Below are positions 7,161 to 13,898 of a stretch of 13,898 bases of DNA, one piece after another. The stretch comes from a virus (taxonomy: Duplodnaviria > Heunggongvirae > Uroviricota > Caudoviricetes). A program made the translations under genes and the position numbers. Under the pieces are notes generated by a model. That model worked only from the letters and a program-made list of their open reading frames with translations, was not told the DNA's origin and did no database searches. Numbering within the stretch: the first letter of the stretch is position 1; each line of letters starts with the position of its first letter. The stretch lies in the IMG/VR virus record IMGVR_UViG_3300025299_000102. The stretch is one strand, 5' to 3'.

Positions 7161-7430
7161 TTAGGCAACCAGGCGAAGTGCCGGTTTGTCCTGATGTTCG
7201 GTTTTAACCTGGGCCACTGCTTTGATTTTTGCGACACCAGGGAAAACCGTGGCTACGCGGTCTTTGTGGTGGCGGGAGCGGTATTCCATCTTGCGGCCGG
7301 AACCGATGGCTGACAGAATCATTTGCGGGCTCAGGCAGTCCTCAACCGCCAGACCAGGTGCGTCCAGCTGAATCTTGGCCGTGATGGTCTTGCCGTTTAC
7401 TTGAATGGTGAATTCTTGAGTGTGCTTCAT
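7161..7430 (-). CDS. Hypothetical protein, 89 aa
   Basis: SD GAGGA; own promoter and terminator. Confidence 0.75.
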   Translation of the reverse strand: MKHTQEFTIQVNGKTITAKIQLDAPGLAVEDCLSPQMILSAIGSGRKMEYRSRHHKDRVATVFPGVAKIKAVAQVKTEHQDKPALRLVA

Positions 7431-7510
7431 AGTTTTGTCCTCAGTTAAATGGTTGCCTTGACGTATAGCGAATTAGCTGAAAACAGCGAAGTCAGGCAGA
7501 AAAGTCGACT

Positions 7511-7540
7511 ATTTTATGGCATTTCTCTATATACTGTCAA
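7511..7540 (-). promoter_or_regulatory. sigma70 promoter of 7161..7430
   Basis: Minus strand TTGACA (7540-7535), 18-nt spacer, TAAAAT (7516-7511). Confidence 0.65.
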
Positions 7541-7568
7541 GAAAAACCGACCTGGTCAACAGGTCGGT
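7541..7568 (-). terminator. Terminator of the kinase gene
   Basis: Minus strand ACCGACCTG-TTGAC-CAGGTCGGT then TTTTC, 4 nt after the kinase stop. Confidence 0.8.
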
Positions 7569-7572
7569 GAGT

Positions 7573-8190
7573 TTAGCTATAGCCAAGGCTGCTGGAGGCA
7601 ATCACATCGTTCAAGACCAATTCATCAGAACCGCGAACCATTAAGTTCGCCCGATGGAAGTCTAAAGACAGGTTGCCGTAGTCCATGGACAGGGTCTGGA
7701 GCTTTTCGAATGCCTCCTTCAAAGACTCCGGAAACCAGGGAGTATCTACCAGCTGCTTAAGCGCGGTCAGCGAACGTTTTGCTTGCCGGTCAGCAGGTGC
7801 GCCAGGGCTGCGCCAAACGCTCATTGCATCCTTTGACAATAAGCAATCTTGCACCGTATCAATTACACGTTTTGCCAGCTTTCGAGTCGGGGCGTCTGCT
7901 TTGCTTGTAGGCTTCAGGCGTTCTGCTTGAAACAAGTACAAGTCTGCGTTGCCTGCGTCTTGAATGCCGACACGCCCGATGATTTTCATCAACCGCGGAA
8001 AGTGCACGCCGTCCAGATAGAACTGGACCGACTCCAGCTGGATGTAATCAGCGGTGAGCTTTAGGACTGCGTCCTCACCGTCATCGTACACTGCGCAGTA
8101 AGTGCCGCGGCCGATACGCTTCTTCCCCACTAAGCCGTGTGCCCGGAGCGCCCTACGCGTGCCAAAGTCGTTAAGTTTCAAAAATGACAT
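7573..8190 (-). CDS. Minimal protein-kinase-like (PKL) fold protein, T7 gp0.7-kinase-like
   Basis: Gly-rich loop IGRGTYCAVY (G27/G29), beta3 VLK44L, catalytic loop LD177FHRAN182LM (DxxxxN) and metal-binding LND195V; SD GAGGG; own terminator. Confidence 0.8.
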   Translation of the reverse strand: MSFLKLNDFGTRRALRAHGLVGKKRIGRGTYCAVYDDGEDAVLKLTADYIQLESVQFYLDGVHFPRLMKIIGRVGIQDAGNADLYLFQAERLKPTSKADAPTRKLAKRVIDTVQDCLLSKDAMSVWRSPGAPADRQAKRSLTALKQLVDTPWFPESLKEAFEKLQTLSMDYGNLSLDFHRANLMVRGSDELVLNDVIASSSLGYS

Positions 8191-8287
8191 GATATTCCCT
8201 CAAAATGATATATACACACCTGGGTATAGCGCTGTCGCTTCGCTAGAACTTGAACTAGGTATGGGGAATTCGCAGGTCATTAACACC

Positions 8288-8303
8288 TTTTCATGGTATA
8301 CTA
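8288..8303 (+). promoter_or_regulatory. Extended -10 promoter element for the 538-aa gene
   Basis: TTTTCATGGTATACTA (TGn + TATACT at 8297-8302), 38 nt upstream of ATG 8341; no canonical -35 seen. Confidence 0.5.
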
Positions 8304-8340
8304 TCGAATATACATATCTTGATAGAAGAGAACAAACGTT

Positions 8341-9957
8341 ATGAAGTCTTCAGACGCCGAGTTGTATCAACACGCGCGCACTGCAGCTAACCAGCACGGG
8401 GCCTCATTTATCGGCCCGGCCGACGCCTACAAATACGGCATGTTTCAGTTAGCCGATGGTCGAACCATCGAACTCCACCTCTACCACGTTCGAGATGGTA
8501 AGTGGCCGAAGGACGTCGACAAATTCCTGGAGCGCCAGGAGATTGGCCGTGGTCGAAGCCAAGAGAAAATGCTGACCCGGCTGAAAGCCCTTGCCCAGGA
8601 CGGTGAGGCAACGCTGCTCGACCAGAGCTGGGCTGGGCCACACGCCTGGTATTCGTTTGAGCTGGCCGATGGCCGTATTGTTAAGATTCGAGGGAGCAAG
8701 CTCGTGACATCCGGCTGGCCGAAAGACATCGATGCTTACCTGGAGTGGAGTGCAGCCCGGCGCCAGGAGCACGCTGAGCCTAAAGGTAAGTCCCAGCTTT
8801 TTGATGAGTTCCGCGCAATCGTGGAATCGAACAATGCCGTCGTGCTCTCGCCAGAATGGCTTGGCGCCCGCATCCCCCACGAAGTGCTGCTAAGCGACGG
8901 CACCATTCGTAGGCTCAAGCCAAATCAGTTAAAGTACTTCGGATGGCCAGCGGTACCCTTCGACGAGCTGCGCAAAATGGCTGCCCCTTATCCCGTCCAT
9001 ATCCTGCCTGACACCGCAGATAAGGAAACGCAGGTGTTTCGCATTTCCGTGAGTGGCGGCGTGTACCTTGAAGGCCCATTTGCCGACCTGAAGGCACTAT
9101 GGGCCGAAGGTGCGCCTGCAGTTATCTCAGATACTTGTGTCTGGGCGGAGCTGAATGGAATGAAAATGGTTCCGGCCAAGTGGCAAGGTATTCTGGCCGA
9201 GTATGAGTTCACAACGCCCGACGGGCCGTCTGTTTGGCGCAAGGTTCCTGCGGCCGACGCGCATGAGCAGCAGCGACAGAATGATGCAGAAGTAGCCAAG
9301 CTGCGCCGGGTTGGGACGTTGAATGGCGCGAAGCTACTGGCACAACCCTTTGCCGGCAAAGACGCCGTGTATGCCTGGGAGAAGGATGGCCAAGTGATTA
9401 TGGCCACCACCCAGGAGCTCATCGAACGCTCCCGCCAGCATGCATTTTTCAACACATTGAAGGGGCGCGTAAAAGAACTGGGCTTGGTGGCAGACTTGGT
9501 GTCCACTGAATGGGAAGGTATGTGCTCCGCCTACCAGTGGCGCCTGGCCGATGGTAGCGAAATCACAGCCAAGCTGTCTCAGCTTCGTACACTCGCTCGT
9601 GAAAAGGGCTTGGAGGCCGCTGCAGCGACGAAGGTTGCTCGCGCACGCACTGATGAGGCACGCGTACTCGATGCTGGTGCAGGTGACCAATCGCTGGCCG
9701 TGTTGCGCAGCTGGGGCGACGAATTTGGCATCAAGCTGCTTAGCACCGACTGGGTTGACGCCAGCGCGAACTATGAATGGGCACTGCCTGATGGGACAAT
9801 CGTGGCGGCGTCACTTAAGAAGGTCCGCAATTGCACCCGAGCAGTTCTTCGGCAGCGGGGGTACTCTGGATTTGATATGCCAGGTGATGTCGCATCCGTT
9901 ATTCGCGAAGATTGCCACCGGCTTCGCGACCGCATTTCCACTAGTAAATCACGGTGA
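8341..9957 (+). CDS. Repeat protein with about 8 helix + beta-hairpin modules (cysteine-free zinc-ribbon-like), putative DNA-binding
   Basis: Recurrent L-x(6-8)-G-x-x-LL-S-x-x-W-x-G-x4-Y-x-F/W-x-L-x-DG with DG/GG turns at aa 39, 110, 186, 239, 294, 349, 404 and 484. No catalytic domain recognised. Confidence 0.75.
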   Translation: MKSSDAELYQHARTAANQHGASFIGPADAYKYGMFQLADGRTIELHLYHVRDGKWPKDVDKFLERQEIGRGRSQEKMLTRLKALAQDGEATLLDQSWAGPHAWYSFELADGRIVKIRGSKLVTSGWPKDIDAYLEWSAARRQEHAEPKGKSQLFDEFRAIVESNNAVVLSPEWLGARIPHEVLLSDGTIRRLKPNQLKYFGWPAVPFDELRKMAAPYPVHILPDTADKETQVFRISVSGGVYLEGPFADLKALWAEGAPAVISDTCVWAELNGMKMVPAKWQGILAEYEFTTPDGPSVWRKVPAADAHEQQRQNDAEVAKLRRVGTLNGAKLLAQPFAGKDAVYAWEKDGQVIMATTQELIERSRQHAFFNTLKGRVKELGLVADLVSTEWEGMCSAYQWRLADGSEITAKLSQLRTLAREKGLEAAAATKVARARTDEARVLDAGAGDQSLAVLRSWGDEFGIKLLSTDWVDASANYEWALPDGTIVAASLKKVRNCTRAVLRQRGYSGFDMPGDVASVIREDCHRLRDRISTSKSR

Positions 9958-9969
9958 ATCTGGCCCCAG

Positions 9970-10004
9970 GTCGTCACGCTATACCGAATAACGTGACGAC
10001 TTTT
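9970..10004 (+). promoter_or_regulatory. 9-bp inverted repeat (terminator-like) enclosing a CGCTATACC motif
   Basis: GTCGTCACG (9970-9978), 13-nt loop, CGTGACGAC (9992-10000), then TTTT and SD GGAG. Confidence 0.5.
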
Positions 10005-10013
10005 GGAGCCTCA

Positions 10014-10442
10014 ATGATGCGCATTCCTTTTTCTGTCGGGTTGCTGGAACTTCATGACCAGCAAAAAAGTCGTTGGGTATTGATAAAGAATGAGGCTTCG
10101 GCCTCGGGCCAAGAGCACTGGTCCTTTCCAGGCTTTACTCAGGGGCCAGGTGCCGAACTCAAATTCGCTGCCGACCTGCATCTCTCGGAGAACGGCTGTC
10201 CCGTACGTTTGCCCCAGCCTGCGGACCTCTCCGCATTTGCGGGCATTCCGATTACTCGAGCACGCGTTACCAATTCTTCGCAAGTACAGCTCGATGGACC
10301 AGAAACGACAAAATGCCGACCAATCCTGCTGGCCGGCATCGCTGACATCGAACAACTTATTGCTAGCGGTGCGCTATGTACTGCGAGCGTCGAGCTCTGG
10401 TTGGATTACTGGAGCGCCGTGGCGCACAGTGATTATCGCTAG
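10014..10442 (+). CDS. Nudix-fold-like protein with degenerate Nudix box
   Basis: VLIKN...WSFPG then a 23-residue span ending E-N-G-C with Nudix-box spacing; C-terminal IEQLIASGAL resembles ADP-ribose pyrophosphatase tails. Start ATG 10014/10017 (GGAG SD); GTG 9954 (GTGA overlap) is the alternative. Confidence 0.55.
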   Translation: MMRIPFSVGLLELHDQQKSRWVLIKNEASASGQEHWSFPGFTQGPGAELKFAADLHLSENGCPVRLPQPADLSAFAGIPITRARVTNSSQVQLDGPETTKCRPILLAGIADIEQLIASGALCTASVELWLDYWSAVAHSDYR

Positions 10443-10933
10443 TTGTCGCCAGGCCCCATTGCGAAGGCTTTGTCGAGCAGTTGCTGTGACTGGGCATATG
10501 CCTGCGCAATCACCTCTTTCCCGACTTGACCGGCGCGCAGCCAGGCTTCAACCCGGCGCTGGCAGAACAATGCAGTGTCAACATGCACTTTCGGCTCCAT
10601 CTTTTCGATGCCTTGGGCAATCTCGCCGGCTTTGAGCCGCTCTTCGAGCTTCAGCGAGCCCGACATTGAGAGCAACACTACTGCTTGGGCACCTGTGTCA
10701 TACACTGGCTTCCGCATTGCCTCAGGCGCCTCACCGGTGGGGAACTGTACCTTCAAAGCCTGCACGCCGCCCAGCGCCAGCCCGGCCATTAGTTCCCCGC
10801 ATACGCGACTTTGCATTGTGACGCCGATGTCATTGAAGGCCTTTGGCAGTGGTGCCTTGTCGGCTGCTGCGGCATGGGCCGTGGCGCCAACAAAGAGCGC
10901 CGCAGCTGCAAATTTCAGAAAGGTAGAAGTCAT
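10439..10933 (-). CDS. Secreted/periplasmic helical protein with Sec signal peptide and two Cys
   Basis: MTSTFLKFAAAALFVGATAHA-AA signal peptide; alternative coupled start GTG 10966; the stop overlaps the convergent gene by 4 bp (CTAG). Confidence 0.75.
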   Translation of the reverse strand: MTSTFLKFAAAALFVGATAHAAAADKAPLPKAFNDIGVTMQSRVCGELMAGLALGGVQALKVQFPTGEAPEAMRKPVYDTGAQAVVLLSMSGSLKLEERLKAGEIAQGIEKMEPKVHVDTALFCQRRVEAWLRAGQVGKEVIAQAYAQSQQLLDKAFAMGPGDN

Positions 10934-10962
10934 TGAATTCTCGGTCGGGATACGATGCGCTG

Positions 10963-11700
10963 TCACTCTGAAATCGCGCCCTGAGGGAGGAATTTCATCC
11001 CCGTTTGGCGCACTAGTTCCGCATAGCTCACCGTACCAGTGAGTTTTGCCTCATCATTGTTGTCGACGACGTAGGCCCAGGCCTGCTTCTTGGCAGGGTC
11101 GTATACCAACTTGAACATGGACGTTGGAACCCAGACCTTGTTTGCGCCCACGGTCGCCACCTGGCCACGATAAATCGGACCGGTCAGCACGTAAACTTCA
11201 TTGCCGCGCTCGACATACTTGCGGGTGGCTTTTTCCACCGCCTTGGCCCATACGCCGCGATTATGCTTTGGAGCCTCCGGAACCATGTTGGCCAAACTGA
11301 AGCTCTGCGCCATTGCTTCCGGCGTGGTGCGCTGAGCTGCTGCAGCGAGATGACCGCGGTCGTAGTTGCTGCCGTGATAGTCGGCCAGACTCGAGCGTTC
11401 GGCCGAAGGTAGGCGAGCCTCTTCGTAGAACCGGTCGGTACGCTGCTCGCCGCGTGCATCCGCAAGGCTGCGCGGAGTCAGGTGCTCCGCGGCGTAGATG
11501 GCGGTTTTGGATTGTCCAGAGTGCAGCACCGCAAAATCGTCGAAACACACGGCACGCAGCTGCCCTGGTTGCGCAGAAGTAGCTTGCGGAGCAAAGCCCT
11601 GGTAGAAGTTCTGGGAGCAGGCTTCAAAGCCTTTGGTACCGCTTGCAGCTGCTGGCAGGCAAACTGCTGCCAGCGCGATAATCGAAGTAACACGAAACAC
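10963..11700 (-). CDS. Secreted DNA/RNA non-specific endonuclease (Serratia NucA/EndoG-like, DRGH family)
   Basis: YDRGHL, RTDRF, QSFSLANMVPE and HNRGVW...E motifs. Signal peptide from GTG 11700 (MFRVTSIIALAAVCLPAAA). The track start 11751 overlaps an extended -10 element. Confidence 0.93.
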   Translation of the reverse strand: MFRVTSIIALAAVCLPAAASGTKGFEACSQNFYQGFAPQATSAQPGQLRAVCFDDFAVLHSGQSKTAIYAAEHLTPRSLADARGEQRTDRFYEEARLPSAERSSLADYHGSNYDRGHLAAAAQRTTPEAMAQSFSLANMVPEAPKHNRGVWAKAVEKATRKYVERGNEVYVLTGPIYRGQVATVGANKVWVPTSMFKLVYDPAKKQAWAYVVDNNDEAKLTGTVSYAELVRQTGMKFLPQGAISE

Positions 11701-11741
11701 TAGGCGACTCTTAGGTAGGTGAGGAACGGAAATGATAGCGC

Positions 11742-11750
11742 AGTATAGCA
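11742..11750 (-). promoter_or_regulatory. Extended -10 element (TGC-TATACT) for the nuclease gene
   Basis: Minus strand TGCTATACT about 40 nt upstream of GTG 11700, just downstream of a terminator. Confidence 0.5.
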
Positions 11751-11781
11751 TAGAATTGCCTTACTTGCATTGCGGCAAGAT

Positions 11782-11807
11782 AAAAAGAAGCCTCCAGAGG
11801 AGGCTTC
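11782..11807 (-). terminator. Terminator of 11820..12569
   Basis: Minus strand GAAGCCTCC-TCT-GGAGGCTTC followed by TTTTT. Confidence 0.85.
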
Positions 11808-11819
11808 GGTGAGGGTCAC

Positions 11820-12569
11820 TTAATCGGGATATCGACACGAAACGTAATCGTGAGATTCCCCGCAAACGTATGCCATCCAGTGGGCGGCCTGGCCTTGCGA
11901 TTTGAATTTGCCGAGGGTGTTCACTTCGCCGTCTGGGTCAACTACCGTGATGCGGTGGCTGAATCCTTCGGCTTGGTCATACGACTCGGTTTCGCAGAGA
12001 ACCAACTTAGGGGTGTGATACTTTGCGTGACGATACAACTCCTCGCCAGTGGCAACGTTGATTATGCGGACAATGCACTGCGTCAGCAGAGATGGGCCAC
12101 TGTCGTTGCGGTACGGGAGAATTGTCGGCGACTTCATAACATCCGCCCCGTCACGACCAATTCGTCCGATGTTGTCATCGGTTTCGAGCCAGTCCCTGCC
12201 GGTTTTGGTGTCCCCGAGGAACACGCGTACACGCGTTCCATCCTTACGAGCTTTCTCCAGCGCGACTTGGACCTTCTTTGGCGTGCGGCCGTCGAACCAG
12301 GTCTTTGTGTCGCCGAGCTTTGAATAGCCCGCCAGCAAGGCTCGGTACTGCTCATACTGAACCACAGTGCCGATTTGGTCTTTCTGTGGCGATACGAGGT
12401 CCAGCAACGAGTACAGTCCCTTTGCCAGCAGCGTATTTTCCGAAGCGGACTTCAGGCGACGACCCAATTCGCGGGCTTGTTCGTAGACCACCTGAAAGCC
12501 GATACAGCCAACACTGTTGCCAGTTGAGACGACGAACAACTTCTGCTCGTTGTTTAGTGCAATATTCAT
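11820..12569 (-). CDS. Conserved-looking plasmid/phage hypothetical protein, 249 aa
   Basis: SD GAGAGG; terminator; the segment RVRVFLGDTKTGRDWLE...IGRIGR...CIVRI recalls a family of MGE hypotheticals (from memory, function unknown). Confidence 0.85.
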   Translation of the reverse strand: MNIALNNEQKLFVVSTGNSVGCIGFQVVYEQARELGRRLKSASENTLLAKGLYSLLDLVSPQKDQIGTVVQYEQYRALLAGYSKLGDTKTWFDGRTPKKVQVALEKARKDGTRVRVFLGDTKTGRDWLETDDNIGRIGRDGADVMKSPTILPYRNDSGPSLLTQCIVRIINVATGEELYRHAKYHTPKLVLCETESYDQAEGFSHRITVVDPDGEVNTLGKFKSQGQAAHWMAYVCGESHDYVSCRYPD

Positions 12570-12636
12570 GGATTTGACCTCTCGTTAAATAGTGACAATC
12601 CGTATAGCGCCAAGGCTTGCTACGCAAGGCGGGAGC

Positions 12637-13131
12637 TTAAATTTGCAGTGCTAGAGGCAGATATTCGTGCGGTTCGCCATTTTCCTGACGGCCAGGTATC
12701 TCGATAACCCTCCGCAGCGCGGCGCCGGCCAGCTGTACGACATGGTGATTTGCGTGATGAGCATCAGCGTAGCGGGGGAAGTCGCAACCGGTCAAGGCAT
12801 GCGCTACCAAGGCAGCAGCCGCACTGCGACTGCGACCCATTCGGCAATGCGCAACCAGGCGATATTTCTGAGTCGAGTAGTGATACGCGCGCACAAACGC
12901 GATAAGCTGCTCCAGCTGGACTGGAGAGCACATGACTTCTGCGGGAAATCCGTACTCTTCCAGCTCATGGGGCTCAATATCGAGGAACTCTAACCGGAGA
13001 TATGCCGCGAACTTGACCAGATTAGCCGGCGGCAGCTGGGCTAAGTCGCCAATGGACATGGCAATCATATCCTGCGCCGGCACCAGGTTCTGGAACGTAT
13101 CCAGGCAAACGAAGTCAACCGCCGAAATCAC
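12637..13131 (-). CDS. Cys-based protein tyrosine/dual-specificity phosphatase-like protein
   Basis: P-loop VAHC96RMGRSR102S (HCX5RS) and upstream LRLEFLD51I (candidate general acid); small stand-alone size. Confidence 0.88.
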   Translation of the reverse strand: MISAVDFVCLDTFQNLVPAQDMIAMSIGDLAQLPPANLVKFAAYLRLEFLDIEPHELEEYGFPAEVMCSPVQLEQLIAFVRAYHYSTQKYRLVAHCRMGRSRSAAAALVAHALTGCDFPRYADAHHANHHVVQLAGAALRRVIEIPGRQENGEPHEYLPLALQI

Positions 13132-13135
13132 GAAA

Positions 13136-13486
13136 TTAACCCAGGCGAATCAACCCGGTTTCGATGGTGTCTACGCTCTTTTCCAGGAAGGAAACGGAGA
13201 CTTTCTTGTTGTCAGGGCCGACAATATCCTTGGACATGCCAAGGGTTGCCTTGAAGGTGCGCTGCAGCGAACTATCCTTGGATTGCACTAAAGCGGTGGT
13301 GATTGCGCCGCATTTGCACTTCTTCTGCCAAGCAGCGCCAGCTGGCGTGCTTTGCAGAAACTGGAAGCCATTCAGAGGCTCCTTGCAAGTTTGGCAGGGA
13401 ACGTTGATAGGCTCTTCCTTCAGTTGCTGAGCCTGCGCTTCAGCGACACGCTCTTCGCGTGTGCCACGTTTTTTTGCTGCACCCAT
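13136..13486 (-). CDS. Small putative Zn-finger protein with MGAAKKRGT N-terminus
   Basis: CQTC...CKC motif; SD AAAGGAGAG; stop 4 nt before the phosphatase start. Confidence 0.75.
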   Translation of the reverse strand: MGAAKKRGTREERVAEAQAQQLKEEPINVPCQTCKEPLNGFQFLQSTPAGAAWQKKCKCGAITTALVQSKDSSLQRTFKATLGMSKDIVGPDNKKVSVSFLEKSVDTIETGLIRLG

Positions 13487-13556
13487 GAACTCTCCTTTAA
13501 ATTAGAGCCATAATATACCATATAATAGCTGCAATAGCTACTCACTTCGGTCAAGC

Positions 13557-13898
13557 TTAGGGTTGCGAGAGCTTTGCCACCAGGAGGTCGAAGGAAGTTG
13601 CGGTGAGGACTGGGATAAAGCCGCCCTCGAGCGCCGATGAGCTCACACGGTCACATCCTGCTTGGTGGTCGACGGGCACCAGGTAGGTTGCCCGCAGCTC
13701 TTTCGCAAAGCGCGCTACCGCCAAATGCGTAAGCCGTCGTGGAGGGGAGAGTTTCACTTCCGTAAGCGATACCAGGTACAGGCGTGCCTGGTTCTCCTCA
13801 TGGAGTAGGTAGCCGGAAGCGGTGACGGCTAAATTTCCGTCAACCTCAAATTTGAAAATGGCCAGGCGGCCGCAGTGCTCAAGTTCGTGTCGGAACAT
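13557..13898 (-). CDS. Hypothetical protein, possibly 5'-truncated at the window edge
   Basis: Open frame from the last base of the window to TAA at 13557; no motif recognised. Confidence 0.55.
   Translation of the reverse strand: MFRHELEHCGRLAIFKFEVDGNLAVTASGYLLHEENQARLYLVSLTEVKLSPPRRLTHLAVARFAKELRATYLVPVDHQAGCDRVSSSALEGGFIPVLTATSFDLLVAKLSQP

Larger units (their letters stand above)
1..13898. mobile_element. Plasmid/ICE backbone segment including a replication module
   Basis: TrfA-like initiator with adjacent iterons and RHH gene; extra copy of RecJ, secreted nuclease and many short hypotheticals with their own terminators; no housekeeping operons. Confidence 0.85.

Overview
Gene-dense plasmid (or ICE/megaplasmid) backbone, probably proteobacterial; the host cannot be fixed from sequence alone. 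The core is an iteron-type replicon: an AT-rich 9-mer region, 22-bp iterons (4627-4714), a sigma70 promoter, a small ribbon-helix-helix gene and a TrfA-family initiator (5037-6098). To the left lie a 5'-truncated coiled-coil protein with 42-aa repeats, a multi-HTH XRE-type regulator, a full-length RecJ exonuclease, and a convergent unit of a membrane protein plus an uncalled 43-aa ORF. To the right is an accessory block. It holds a stand-alone minimal protein kinase resembling the phage T7 gp0.7 kinase domain, a 538-aa protein of about 8 cysteine-free zinc-ribbon-like modules, a Nudix-like protein with a degenerate Nudix box, a secreted DRGH-type nuclease with a secreted neighbour, a CX5R phosphatase, a Zn-finger protein and several hypotheticals. 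The best candidate for an undescribed system is the plasmid-borne T7-like kinase and its possible partner phosphatase. No rRNA, tRNA, CRISPR array or transposase was recognised. All family assignments come from motif recognition by eye, not database searches.
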